From Akkermansia sp. (GTDB taxonomy: Bacteria; Verrucomicrobiota; Verrucomicrobiia; Verrucomicrobiales; Akkermansiaceae): a stretch of DNA of 64,000 bases. Positions 1-9,663 of this stretch are shown here, piece after piece (the first letter of the stretch is position 1; each line of letters begins with the position of its first letter). A program made the translations under genes and the position numbers. The stretch spans positions 4,890 to 68,889 of the forward strand of contig JAFVQN010000136.1 of NCBI GenBank assembly GCA_017504805.1, in the 5' to 3' direction. The notes beneath the pieces are model-generated. The model ran no database searches, was not told the DNA's origin, and saw only the letters and a program-made list of their open reading frames with translations.

Positions 1-423
1 ATCACCGCCCCAGTGGCATACACGGCTGTCATTCTCTCCGCTCTCTCCGATGCTGAGATTAACGTGGATATGATTGTGGCCAACACCGCTCATGATGGCC
101 AGGCCCGCCAGTCCTTCACCATGAATATGAGCGACCTGGGAGCTGCCCAGGCTGCCCTGAAGAAGGTGCTTCCGCAGCTGGGTGATAAAGCCCGCATGGA
201 GACCGAAGCCGGTCTGGCCAAGCTTTCCGTGGTGGGCGTGGGTATGCGCTCGCATACCGGCGTGGCTGCCACTATGTTCCAGGCGCTGGCCGATGCGGGC
301 ATTGCCACAGGCATGATTGCCACGTCCGAAATCCGCATATCCACTACGGTGGAGGCTGGTGACATTGAACAGGCTGCCCGTGTGGTTCACAGCGCATTCC
401 ATCTGGATCAGGTGAACGCTTGA
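1..423 (+). CDS. lysC: Aspartate kinase, C-terminal ACT domains (5' truncated by window)
   Basis: INVDMIV...AKLSVVGVGMRSHTGVAATMFQALA...IATSEIRIS...VHSAFHL are typical aspartokinase ACT motifs; frame open from position 1. Confidence 0.93.
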   Translation: MTAPVAYTAVILSALSDAEINVDMIVANTAHDGQARQSFTMNMSDLGAAQAALKKVLPQLGDKARMETEAGLAKLSVVGVGMRSHTGVAATMFQALADAGIATGMIATSEIRISTTVEAGDIEQAARVVHSAFHLDQVNA

Positions 424-436
424 CGCTCAACCGTCG

Positions 437-2050
437 ATGATGGAAGAGAAGAAACCTGCCGAACCTTCTGCTCCTTTGGAGGAGGAGGAAGAACTCGAGT
501 TCCGCCCCTGGGTCAAGTGGACCGCAGTGGGGGTGGCTGGTGCGGTGTCAATCGGTTTGTTCCTGCTGGTGCATGAAATCGGCTATGCTCAGGGTGAGGA
601 AGCCGGATTCCAGAGTGCCATCTGCTCCGGTGTGGTGCATGAGTCCCTGAATAATGCGGCCTCGCAGAATGTGCTGAGCTTCATGCAGCTGGCATCTGCC
701 AGCAATGCGTCTCTCCAGTCCGCTGCGGCAGATACGGATAAAGCCTTTGCCTGGATTAAGGATACGCAGATACGGCGGGAGGCAGAATGGTGCCTGGTGC
801 AGGCGCTGCTGGAGCGGCGTCTCTGCAAGCCCGCAGAGCCGCTGCTGGAGAAGCTGTTTGAGGCTGTGCCACGGACAGCCGAATGGGCGTTCCGCTCCTT
901 GCAGGTTGCAGATCAGCTGGCAGCCGCTCAGCAATACCAGCAGGCAGCCGCATATTACAAACGCGCCGCAGCGGGATTTGCCGAAAATCAGTTGCAGGCG
1001 CCGCGTCTGCAGGCTCTTGAGCAGCTGGTGGCCTTGGTGACCAGTTCGTCTCATGGTGGCAGCACGGCATCCAAAAATCTCCAGGGCATGATTAAGCTCG
1101 TACAGGATGCTGGTGCTGGAGCGCAATACCTGCTCGGAATCCTGCATGCATACGGTGGTGAGCTGAGCCGCTGCAAGGGAGATGTTGCCGGAGCGAGCAG
1201 TCAGTACCAGGCGGTGCTGAAGCTTGCTCCCTCGGTCAAGACGGACAATCCGGTCTGGGCGGCGGCTCTTGGTCTGGCCATGCTCGAAAACGGCGATGCC
1301 GCCGGCGCGGAGCCGTTGCTGCGGCAGGCTGAACGCAACACGGGCAACCGCCCGTCTGATATTTCAGCCCGGCTGCTGGCGCTGCGCCAGCTTGCTGTCA
1401 TTGAGCAGCAGCGTGGGCATCATGTCACCGCCATGGCTTTGCTGCACCGGGCGCAGGGCGTGGCGGAAGGCCGGGTGCAGCCGAAGAATGCGTTCTGGCC
1501 CTGCCTGTTCGACCAGCGCGGGTGGATGCACTTTGTGGTGCAGAATTACCAGACAGCTCTGATAGATTTCAACAATGCTATATCGTCAACCCAGGTGCCC
1601 CAGTTGCTGATGCAACCGCAGGAGGGCGCTGCCCGCTGCTATATGGAGTTGGGCAAACCGGAGCAGGCTCTTCCTTTGCTCCGGAAGTGTCTGGAGCTGC
1701 GTGTCAAGTATGCCCCCGCCGATAAACAGTCGCTCGGTCGGATTAACCTGCTGCTGGGGCAGATGTATGACCAGCAGGGTAAGATTGCTGAAGCCGGAGC
1801 GGCCTACTCCCAGGCGGTGCAGAATCTGCAGGGAGATAAGCCGGATGTGGTGGAGAACCGCCGCGCTGCCTTGCTGGGGCTGGCTTATTGCCAGACCCAG
1901 AATAAGCAGTGGAAGGAAGCCTATGCCACCTGGGAGCAGGTAATTCCCCTGCTTGGGGAGCAGTATGACCGCCTCGAGGAAGTCCGTGCGCAGATGCGCC
2001 GCATCAAACCCTTTATCCCGGCCGGGGAGGCAGAGCATCTGGCTCCCTGA
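437..2050 (+). CDS. Membrane-anchored TPR-repeat protein
   Basis: Acidic N-terminus, one TM segment, repeated TPR-like helices (LLLGQMYDQQGKIAEAGAAYSQAV; LGLAYCQTQNKQWKEAYATWEQV). Confidence 0.8.
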   Translation: MMEEKKPAEPSAPLEEEEELEFRPWVKWTAVGVAGAVSIGLFLLVHEIGYAQGEEAGFQSAICSGVVHESLNNAASQNVLSFMQLASASNASLQSAAADTDKAFAWIKDTQIRREAEWCLVQALLERRLCKPAEPLLEKLFEAVPRTAEWAFRSLQVADQLAAAQQYQQAAAYYKRAAAGFAENQLQAPRLQALEQLVALVTSSSHGGSTASKNLQGMIKLVQDAGAGAQYLLGILHAYGGELSRCKGDVAGASSQYQAVLKLAPSVKTDNPVWAAALGLAMLENGDAAGAEPLLRQAERNTGNRPSDISARLLALRQLAVIEQQRGHHVTAMALLHRAQGVAEGRVQPKNAFWPCLFDQRGWMHFVVQNYQTALIDFNNAISSTQVPQLLMQPQEGAARCYMELGKPEQALPLLRKCLELRVKYAPADKQSLGRINLLLGQMYDQQGKIAEAGAAYSQAVQNLQGDKPDVVENRRAALLGLAYCQTQNKQWKEAYATWEQVIPLLGEQYDRLEEVRAQMRRIKPFIPAGEAEHLAP

Positions 2051-2089
2051 CCCGTGTTTCATTTAATACCCTGAATACCTTTTATCCGT

Positions 2090-3727
2090 ATGAATCGCCG
2101 CTATCGTCCCCCCCGCAAGAAAAGCAACCATACCATCCCCCTGGCCGCTGCCGGCCTTACTGTGGCAGCGCTGGCTCTCTGGGGGCTTTTTGCCAAGGGG
2201 CAGGATATCATTCTTTTCTTCAAAGGCCAGACAATTGTAGTACCCAGCAATGCCGAGGCTAATGCCAATCTTTCCCGCCTGCTGGGAGATTTGGCTGGTG
2301 ATAAGGCCCGGCTGCTTGAATTGGCGGAGAATTCACGTTCGCGTCTGGGGTGGATTGAGAATGCCGATACCCAGCGCCAGTTCCGCTGGTTTCTGATGTC
2401 GCGCCTGGTGGATAAGGGCCAGTGGCAGGAGGCTGTGCGCATCCTGCCTGAGGTGGAGTCGCTGGCGCCGGTCGAGGGACTGGACCGCCTCGCTGTGGCC
2501 GCAGCGGCGCACGGCGATTATGAACTCCAGCTCCGCCTGGACCGCGGGCTGCAGGAAAAATTAATCAACGCGCCGGAACACACGGCACTGCTGTTGCGTT
2601 CCATCCGGCGCTCTGCAGAAACCTGCATCCGCATGAAGCACCATGATGAAGCGGTGAAGGCAGTGGCTCAGCTGGATGCTCCCGGGGTGCTGGTGCGGCT
2701 GACAGAGCCTGAACTTGCTGCGGAGGCTGCGGCTTTGCAGATGCTCCGCGCCAGTGTGTGCGCGGTGAAGGAACCGGTGCTTCAGACGACTCGCAACATT
2801 CTGGAACAGGCCAGGTGGCCGCTCTGCCCGGCCACTTCGCAGCTTCTGCTGGAGGAAGTGACCACAGCGCTCCGCGATAATCCCCAGATGTCGCAGAACA
2901 ATCTCAAGGAAATTGAGGAAAAGCTGCTGCGCTGCCGCGATGCCATGCAGGAATACCCTGATAAGGAACACCGCCTGCCGCAGTGCTACATGCTGCTGGG
3001 AGAGGTCCGCCACCGGCTGGGAAATCATGCCGGGTGCTCGCAAGCTCTCACACTTGCCTCTGCTTTTGCTGAGGGCTACGGTGAAATGACCCCGGAATTG
3101 CAGACCCGCATAGCCCGTATTCGTTCCAAGGCAAATGAGGCCACCGGCAACGTGCAGGCAGCAGTGGCAGACTACCGCTACCTGCTTGATCATGAGAAAG
3201 AGCCTGCCGAAATCATGCGCGTGCTCACTTATCTGGCCACGCATGCGGAGGGTGAGGAGAAGATAAAGCTGCTGACCCGCAGCTGGGATATGATGCAGCA
3301 GAATCCGGCCCTGGTGAAGAAGGATTCTGATTTCCGCTTCCGCATGGCTCAGGAGCTGGCAGCCTACTATGCCGGAAAGCAGGAATACGCCCATGCGCTT
3401 AAATGGGTGGAGGAATGCACCCGCATGGTGGAGGAGGTGAACCCGGACCTGACTAATGGCAAGACTCTGCGAGCCCGCCTGAATCTTGCACTGGCTCAGC
3501 GCAAGGCGAATCAGGATATCGTCTGCTTCCGCACGCTGCGTACGATTCAGAGCAGCATTGACCAGATGAGCGATGAGGATAAAGCACGTCTTGAACAGGC
3601 AGAGCAGGGGATTTACCGCACGACGATGCGTGAACTTTCCCGCACTTGCCTTCTGCTGGGTGATAAGACTACGGCCAAGTCATTTGCAAAGAAAATTCGT
3701 GAGGATTTGCCGGAGAAAGTTCGATGA
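2090..3727 (+). CDS. Membrane-anchored alpha-helical/TPR-like hypothetical protein
   Basis: Basic N-terminus plus TM anchor, TPR-like helices (CYMLLGEVRHRLGNHAGCSQAL); 545-aa ORF in operon orientation. Confidence 0.7.
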   Translation: MNRRYRPPRKKSNHTIPLAAAGLTVAALALWGLFAKGQDIILFFKGQTIVVPSNAEANANLSRLLGDLAGDKARLLELAENSRSRLGWIENADTQRQFRWFLMSRLVDKGQWQEAVRILPEVESLAPVEGLDRLAVAAAAHGDYELQLRLDRGLQEKLINAPEHTALLLRSIRRSAETCIRMKHHDEAVKAVAQLDAPGVLVRLTEPELAAEAAALQMLRASVCAVKEPVLQTTRNILEQARWPLCPATSQLLLEEVTTALRDNPQMSQNNLKEIEEKLLRCRDAMQEYPDKEHRLPQCYMLLGEVRHRLGNHAGCSQALTLASAFAEGYGEMTPELQTRIARIRSKANEATGNVQAAVADYRYLLDHEKEPAEIMRVLTYLATHAEGEEKIKLLTRSWDMMQQNPALVKKDSDFRFRMAQELAAYYAGKQEYAHALKWVEECTRMVEEVNPDLTNGKTLRARLNLALAQRKANQDIVCFRTLRTIQSSIDQMSDEDKARLEQAEQGIYRTTMRELSRTCLLLGDKTTAKSFAKKIREDLPEKVR

Positions 3728-3763
3728 CCCTTCATTCCTGAACAAATTCAGTATCTTCCGACC

Positions 3764-5608
3764 ATGGCTTCGATGCAGAAAAAGAGTCTCATTGCCACGG
3801 CGGCAATCTTCTGCTGCCGCTTCACTGGTCTGCTGCGTGAGATTGTCTATACGTCGCTGTTTGGTGCTACGGGCGCATTGGATGCATTCCTGACCGCTTT
3901 CCGAGTGCCGAATATGCTGCGCGATATGTTCGCTGAGGGGGCTCTTTCCCAGAGTTTCACCAGCGTCATGAGCAAGGTGGAGAAACAGGAGGGACCCGAA
4001 GCGGCCTGGGGTTTGGCTCACAGGGTGAGTTCGCAGCTTATTTCGCTGATGGTCTGCATCGTGGCGCTGGGTATCCTGCTGGCCGGTACATTCATGCAGC
4101 AACTGTACCCAGAGCGGGCCCGCGTGGTCCTGGAAACGCCCTGGGATGCTCCCTCTATGCTTTGTGCTGATGCGGCTTTCCGAGGATTCCGGACGAATGC
4201 CGATGGTCTGAAGGAGGCAGTATTCACCTCTCAGGACCAGCTCCGCGGGCTTACGCCTGATTCGTGTCTGCGCGTCTCCCTGCTGGAAAAGCTGGAGCAC
4301 GGCCAGACCCTTCTGCTCACGACTGCTGAAGACGGAGTCCCCGCTGCCGCCACTCGTGTCGAGCCGCGCAGCTTCATGGGGCTGGCCACAGATTTGTGCC
4401 GCATTATCTGGCCCTTCATCCTGCTGGCATCGGTCTCTGCTCTGTGCATGGGAGCTCTGAATGTCTTTGGCGTGTTCGGCCTTCCCAATCTGGCAAGCGC
4501 CGCGTTCAACCTCACGACGGTGGGTGTGGGCGCTGCTGTAGGCTGGTTCATAGACCCCACGTTTGGTCCGGATGCCTTGTACGGCTTTGCCATTGCCGTG
4601 GTCTGCGGCGGTGCTGCCCAGGTACTCGTGCAGCTGCCTAAGATGCGGCAGAAGGGGTACCGCCTGCGCTGGGATATCGGCCTGCGCCGGGATGGCTGCT
4701 GGTTCGCATTCACTGACCCTGCCGCCCGCCGCGTCTGGTTCCTGATGCTACCGGGCGTGATTGCGGCGGGTATCACGCAGACCAATATTTTCATCAACAC
4801 GGCATTTGCCCTGTACCTGCAACCCGGCTCGGTAACTGCTCTTTCCAGCGCCTTCCACCTCTGGCAGCTGCCTGTGGCACTGTTCGGAGTAGCGGTGGGC
4901 ATGGTGGTACTCCCCTCTGTTTCTCGTATGAGTCTGGAGGGCGGGGGAAATGCAGAGATTGCTGTTCATCTGGCGAAAGCGTTGCGTTTCATGGCGCTGT
5001 TTGCCGTGCCTTCTGCTATTTTCCTGAGTATCTGGGGAACGGAGATTGTGAGTGTGTTCTATCAGCGCGGTCGTTTTGACGCAGCAGCATCCGCATTCAC
5101 CGGCTCTGTGCTTGCTGCGTATTCCTTCGGCTTGCTTGCTTATGCCGGCATGAAGGTTTTGCAACCGGTTTTCCTTGCGCTGGAAAAGCCCTGGGCTCCA
5201 GCCGGGCTGGCCTTGGTGGCATTCTGCATTTCCGTGAGCTGCAACTATGTGTTTGTTCACGTGCTGGGTCTGCCTGCCATGTATCTGGCGCTCACCACGT
5301 CTATCGTCACCACGCTTAACTTCCTGTTCTATTTCCTCTATCTGAGGCATTTGCTGGGAGGTATGGCCTGCCAGGTGCTGCTGCCCGGCCTGCTGCGTAT
5401 TGCTGGCGCCGGTGTGGTGCTGGCCGCCGGCTGCTGGCTTGTTGCGGAGTTCTGCTTCGGCAGCTTTACCAGTTGGAGCTTCGGCTGGCGTTTCGGTGCG
5501 CTGGCCCTGGGTGGTGTGCTGGGCGGCGCTCTGTATGCCGGTGCCTGCCTCGCATTCCGGGTGCCTGAGCTTCAGCCCGTGGTCAGCCGATTCCTGCGTA
5601 AAAAGTGA
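3764..5608 (+). CDS. murJ: Lipid II flippase MurJ/MviN with an approximately 88-aa loop insertion
   Basis: RFTGLLREIV...FGA...DAFLTAFRVPNMLRDMFAEGALSQSF signature, QLPVALFGVA, multiple TM helices. Confidence 0.93.
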   Translation: MASMQKKSLIATAAIFCCRFTGLLREIVYTSLFGATGALDAFLTAFRVPNMLRDMFAEGALSQSFTSVMSKVEKQEGPEAAWGLAHRVSSQLISLMVCIVALGILLAGTFMQQLYPERARVVLETPWDAPSMLCADAAFRGFRTNADGLKEAVFTSQDQLRGLTPDSCLRVSLLEKLEHGQTLLLTTAEDGVPAAATRVEPRSFMGLATDLCRIIWPFILLASVSALCMGALNVFGVFGLPNLASAAFNLTTVGVGAAVGWFIDPTFGPDALYGFAIAVVCGGAAQVLVQLPKMRQKGYRLRWDIGLRRDGCWFAFTDPAARRVWFLMLPGVIAAGITQTNIFINTAFALYLQPGSVTALSSAFHLWQLPVALFGVAVGMVVLPSVSRMSLEGGGNAEIAVHLAKALRFMALFAVPSAIFLSIWGTEIVSVFYQRGRFDAAASAFTGSVLAAYSFGLLAYAGMKVLQPVFLALEKPWAPAGLALVAFCISVSCNYVFVHVLGLPAMYLALTTSIVTTLNFLFYFLYLRHLLGGMACQVLLPGLLRIAGAGVVLAAGCWLVAEFCFGSFTSWSFGWRFGALALGGVLGGALYAGACLAFRVPELQPVVSRFLRKK

Positions 5609-5691
5609 TTTTTTTGCGGGCCTGTAAATAAAACAGGTGATTTGAGCCGCTTAGTGTGTTGTAAGATTAAACCATTTTCCCCTGTTACGTT

Positions 5692-6036
5692 ATGAAAAAG
5701 AAATTTTCCAGTCTCCTGTTGCTTGCCTGCGTGGCCATGGTCATGCTGGTTGCGGGAAAAGCCGAGGCCCGTGTTCATTTCAGCGTGAATCTCGGCCTCC
5801 CTGTGTGTGTGCCTTGTCCGCCGCCTGTGCATGTGTGCTCTCCTTGCCCGCCGCCGGTTCATTTCCATGGTGCTCACCGCCACCACCACAGGCACCATGT
5901 GCATCACGGACCGCGTCATGCCGCTCCGCGGCATCATCATGGCCCCCGCGCTGCTGTGCCGCATCACCGGCACCCCGTCCGCAATCACGCGCCGGGCAGG
6001 GCTCGGGGCCATGGACCGCATCCCGGCCGCCGCTGA
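5692..6036 (+). CDS. Secreted His/Pro-rich small protein (PXPV-repeat-like)
   Basis: Signal peptide ending AEA, VHFSVNLGLP, repeated PCPPPVH, His/Arg-rich tail; followed by terminator. Confidence 0.75.
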   Translation: MKKKFSSLLLLACVAMVMLVAGKAEARVHFSVNLGLPVCVPCPPPVHVCSPCPPPVHFHGAHRHHHRHHVHHGPRHAAPRHHHGPRAAVPHHRHPVRNHAPGRARGHGPHPGRR

Positions 6037-6048
6037 TAGCTTTTCAAC

Positions 6049-6077
6049 GTCTCCGCAGTTTGCGGAGACTTTTTTTT
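6049..6077 (+). terminator. Intrinsic terminator
   Basis: GTCTCCGCA-gtt-TGCGGAGAC followed by T8. Confidence 0.85.
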
Positions 6078-6224
6078 GCGGCATCCGATATGCCGGATGC
6101 GCCTGATGCTGGCAAATGTGTGAGAAAGCAGATTTTAATACGAAAAAGTTGAAACATTCAAACAAATGCTTTGATCAGAAGCGCCTGATGATATGAGCAG
6201 TAAGAACAAGCTGCTTCCAGACAA

Positions 6225-6389
6225 ATGAAAAAGAATTACTGCAAAATAGTGATAGTATCCCTGGTGCTGGGACTTTGCTTATCGAGTTGTCATCACGTGA
6301 GTGTCGGCCTGCATGGTCTGTATGGAGGAGTACAGGTTGGTTTTCAGCCTCATTTCCACCACCGGCATCACCATCACTGCCATTGGTGA
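6225..6389 (+). CDS. 54-aa His-rich lipoprotein (absent from the ORF track)
   Basis: Manual translation MKKNYCKIVIVSLVLGLCLSSCHHVSVGLHGLYGGVQVGFQPHFHHRHHHHCHW*; basic N-terminus, hydrophobic core, LSSC lipobox; hairpin follows. Confidence 0.75.
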   Translation: MKKNYCKIVIVSLVLGLCLSSCHHVSVGLHGLYGGVQVGFQPHFHHRHHHHCHW

Positions 6390-6397
6390 TGACAGGA

Positions 6398-6425
6398 AAG
6401 GCTCCGGGGGGATACCCGGAGCCTT
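6398..6425. terminator. Hairpin terminator between convergent genes
   Basis: AAGGCTCCGGG...CCCGGAGCCTT stem between the lipoprotein and lpxD stops. Confidence 0.7.
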
Positions 6426-6457
6426 CCTGGATGAGAGATGGCGGAACGAAGAGGAAA

Positions 6458-7528
6458 TTAATCCTGTTCGGCTATGGCCTGATTGATGAGGGCCTGAATT
6501 TCCTCAGCCTTGGCCTTGAGAGCGCGAAGTTCCTTGAATGCCTCGGGCAGCTTGCGGAGTGCCGCAAACTGACGGGCTGCTTCGCCGTAGGGCACAGCGG
6601 GTGCGCCCCAGTAGGTTTTGCCGCCTTCTAGGTTGCCGATGACGCCGGAGCGCGCTGCAACAACCACTTTGTCTTCCAGCTTGATATGTCCGGTGATACC
6701 GCACTGTGCTGCGATGGTGACATAGTCGCCCACCTGGGTGCTGCCAGCGATACCGCTCTGGGCGCACATGATGTCATGCTTGCCGAGGGTGACGTTGTGG
6801 CCAATCTGAATCTGGTTGTCGAGCTTGGTTCCTTCGCCGATAACGGTTCGACCGAAACGGGCACGGTCGATGGTAGTGTTGGCGCCGATATCGACATTGT
6901 CACCGATGACGACGATGCCAACCTGGTCGATGGTGTCGTATCTGCCTGTTTCCTTGTTGAGCAGGAAACCGAAGCCATCGCCGCCGATAACGGCTCCGGG
7001 CTGGATGACGACATTGTTGCCGAGAATGCAGCGTTCGCGAATGACCACCTTGGCATAAAGCTTGCAGTTGGTGCCCATCTTGACGGACTTGTAGATGACG
7101 CAGCCGGGGCCTATATCGGAACCATCACCGATTTCAGCATCGGCCTCAATCACAGCATTCGGCCCCACGCGAACCTTGGTGGGGTCGAGTTTTGCGGAGG
7201 GATCCACCACAGCGCTGGGGTGAATACCAGGCACAAAATCAGTGCTGGCTTTCATGAAGTGGCCCACCAGTGCGTTGAAGGCAAGTGAGGGGTTCTCTAC
7301 CTCAATGAAAGCCACACCCTCGGGGTACTGCGGTAGTGCCGGGGGGACGAGCACGGCGCTGGCCTTTGTGGCCAGGAAGTCGTTGAAATACTTTTCGTTG
7401 CCCAGGAAGGCAATCTCGCCGGGGCAGGCGCCATCCAACGTAGCGACTCCGGAGATTTCAATCTCCGGAGTCTCGTTGATGAGTTTGCCACCAGTGAGCT
7501 TGAGAACGTCGGAGAGAGTGAGGTTCAT
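6458..7528 (-). CDS. lpxD: UDP-3-O-(3-hydroxyacyl)glucosamine N-acyltransferase
   Basis: LpxD N-terminal domain, hexapeptide repeats, IGGDGFGF, IGANTTIDRA, KLDNQIQIGHN. Confidence 0.96.
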   Translation of the reverse strand: MNLTLSDVLKLTGGKLINETPEIEISGVATLDGACPGEIAFLGNEKYFNDFLATKASAVLVPPALPQYPEGVAFIEVENPSLAFNALVGHFMKASTDFVPGIHPSAVVDPSAKLDPTKVRVGPNAVIEADAEIGDGSDIGPGCVIYKSVKMGTNCKLYAKVVIRERCILGNNVVIQPGAVIGGDGFGFLLNKETGRYDTIDQVGIVVIGDNVDIGANTTIDRARFGRTVIGEGTKLDNQIQIGHNVTLGKHDIMCAQSGIAGSTQVGDYVTIAAQCGITGHIKLEDKVVVAARSGVIGNLEGGKTYWGAPAVPYGEAARQFAALRKLPEAFKELRALKAKAEEIQALINQAIAEQD

Positions 7529-7555
7529 AATAAGCTCTACGGGTTAAGGAGAGTA

Positions 7556-8200
7556 TTACTTAGCGGCCGGAGCGGGAGTGCCATAGAGGCGCTTCAGTTC
7601 GGCATCCGGATCAAAGCCCTGTGGTGCACCGGCATTGAGCTGCTTGAGCACTTCGGGGGTAAGGTCGATATCCTTCTTCATGTAGGGGAACACGCGGGTG
7701 CCGATGCCAATCTGAGGCTGGGGAGAAATAGCGCCGGAGTCAAGCACGAGGTCGGCTCCGCTCTGGTCAGCAACGGTGTTGATAGCAGTCTGCACTTCTT
7801 CCACCAGAAGGCGCATTTCGGTGTTGCGCATTTCGCGGAAAGCCACTTCGCGGCGCTGCACAAAATCCTTCATCTCCTGGTCGGCGGCCTTGAGCTCGTT
7901 GGCCTTGGCCTGATACTGCTCGCGGAGCTTGGCTACTGCAGAATCAGACAGGCTGGAGTCGTACTTCTCCTGAATCTTCTTGAGTTCGCCCTGCAGGTTG
8001 CGGAGCTTGTCCTCACGGGTCTTGATGTCAGCCTTGATTTCAGAAAGCTGCTTCTGGAGGGTGACCTCCGTGTCAAAGCGCTTGTAGAACTTGGTGTAGA
8101 GCTCCTGCACGTTGACAGAAACAATCTTGATTTCGGCCTGAGCTGTGGCTGTAAGTGCGCACAGCGTCACGAGAGCGGTGGAGATGATGGGGAACTTCAT
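7556..8200 (-). CDS. skp: OmpH/Skp periplasmic chaperone
   Basis: Signal peptide, KIVSVNVQEL, coiled coil, ADLVLD...DLTPEVLKQLN; upstream of lpxD. Confidence 0.88.
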   Translation of the reverse strand: MKFPIISTALVTLCALTATAQAEIKIVSVNVQELYTKFYKRFDTEVTLQKQLSEIKADIKTREDKLRNLQGELKKIQEKYDSSLSDSAVAKLREQYQAKANELKAADQEMKDFVQRREVAFREMRNTEMRLLVEEVQTAINTVADQSGADLVLDSGAISPQPQIGIGTRVFPYMKKDIDLTPEVLKQLNAGAPQGFDPDAELKRLYGTPAPAAK

Positions 8201-8364
8201 AATATGTGAGGTTTTGGATGTTCTTATTCTAATATTCGTTCAAATTAAGTCAAGAAAAGGTTGCGTCACTATTGACTGAATGAAGAGAAAAAATCAGAAA
8301 TCTGTTATGGGAAGTTATTCTAACACCTTGAATGAGAGAGTATGCAGATATAAAGTGTGAAAAT

Positions 8365-9456
8365 ATGAAAACGACAGGTACCTACCTTGCATTACGCGAT
8401 ATCAGCGTGATTTTCAGCCCTTTTGAGCATCGGAAGCTGAATTTGCCTACCAGACTGGTCATGAGGCCAATGGCTCGTCTGCTGGCACAGAACGGCATAC
8501 CTACACCTGAAATGCTGCGATATTACCGGCGGCGAGCCGAGCACCAGCTCGGGTTGATTGTGACCGAACCCGTAACCATTGACGACAGTGCGGCAGCCGC
8601 CGATAGCGGCATGGCGCAATTCTGCGGGGGGGCCGCCTTGCGTGCCTGGAAGGGGATATGCCGGGCGGTGCATGCCACGCCGTGCAAGATTGCGCCCCAA
8701 CTATGTCATGTCGGTATGCTGCGACCCGCCTCTGGAGATATTCCTAATCCGGCATCTCCCGCCATCGGGCCATCGGGAATTGACCCGGTAACACGAGAAA
8801 AGCGGGGAGAAACGATGAGCCGCGAGCGCATTCGCTCAGTGGTTCAGTCATTTGCGACAGCTGCTGCTCATGCACGCCTGCTCGGGTTTGATGCCGTTGA
8901 AATCAACGGCGGCTCAGCGTGCCTGCCGGAGCAGTTCATGAGACCGGAAACAAACCATCGGACGGATGAGTATGGCGGCTCGCTGGAATCTCGCCTTCGT
9001 TTCGTGCTCGAGATTTTACATGCTGTGCGCAAGGTGGCAGGCAGACGGTTTCCTGTCATTTTCCGCTTTGCCCAGTATTCTCCGGGGTGGGAGTCAGTTC
9101 CGCTGGCAGCTTCCCCTGCTGAGCTGGAGCGTATGTTGAACGCACTCTGTGAAGCGGGGGTGGATATTTTTGCCTGCGACGATGCAGGGGTGGAGCGGCC
9201 CGCCTTTCATGGGTCTGCCATGAATCTGGCCGGATGGGTGCGCATGCTTACTCATCGACCGGTCATTACCGGTGGCGGTGTGGGGGTGGAATATGGAATC
9301 CAAGGGACTGTACGACGCTTCATGGCGCATGAATGCGACCTTGTGTCTGTTGGTCGCGCGCTGCTGGCAGATGCAGAGTGGGGCAGCAAGATACTGCTTG
9401 CCCGGGAGAAAGAAATTACCCCATATACCGAACGCGCCTGGAGCCGATTGTTCTGA
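8365..9456 (+). CDS. Old yellow enzyme (NADH:flavin oxidoreductase) family protein, catalytic motif degenerate
   Basis: RLVMRPM, PQLCHVG, GFDAVEIN, NHRTDEYGGSLESRLRF, DLVSVGRALLADAEW; start may be 8332. Confidence 0.85.
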   Translation: MKTTGTYLALRDISVIFSPFEHRKLNLPTRLVMRPMARLLAQNGIPTPEMLRYYRRRAEHQLGLIVTEPVTIDDSAAAADSGMAQFCGGAALRAWKGICRAVHATPCKIAPQLCHVGMLRPASGDIPNPASPAIGPSGIDPVTREKRGETMSRERIRSVVQSFATAAAHARLLGFDAVEINGGSACLPEQFMRPETNHRTDEYGGSLESRLRFVLEILHAVRKVAGRRFPVIFRFAQYSPGWESVPLAASPAELERMLNALCEAGVDIFACDDAGVERPAFHGSAMNLAGWVRMLTHRPVITGGGVGVEYGIQGTVRRFMAHECDLVSVGRALLADAEWGSKILLAREKEITPYTERAWSRLF

Positions 9457-9466
9457 GGCCCCCCAG

Positions 9467-9497
9467 AAAAAAAGCGTTGCCTGAAGGGCAACGCTTT
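9467..9497. terminator. Bidirectional intrinsic terminator
   Basis: A-run then AAAGCGTTGCC-tgaag-GGCAACGCTTT between convergent genes. Confidence 0.8.
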
Positions 9498-9522
9498 GCT
9501 GATTAATGAAACGGGGATACGT

Positions 9523-9663
9523 TTACTGCCCCATTTTATCGTAACGGTCAATCATGCCGTAAATTTCTTTTACGTCCTTGTGGGACTTACGGCCGATGAT
9601 GACGGCTGCAACAAGGAGGCAGATGGCTCCTCCAATGGGGGCCCATTTGGCAAGTTCGTTCAT
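9523..9663 (-). CDS. 46-aa single-TM small protein coupled to MerR
   Basis: MNELAKWAPIGGAICLLVAAVIIGRKSHKD...; ATGA overlap with the MerR stop; terminator follows. Confidence 0.6.
   Translation of the reverse strand: MNELAKWAPIGGAICLLVAAVIIGRKSHKDVKEIYGMIDRYDKMGQ

Noticed and set aside
6080-6190. REP-like GCCGGATGCG/GCCTGATG words and a 10-bp repeat GCGCCTGATG
   Set aside because: I saw no family of copies in other intergenic regions of the window
6275-6631. ORF-track entries 6275-6631 and 6301-6486
   Set aside because: Alternative frames of the 6225-6389 lipoprotein and antisense to lpxD
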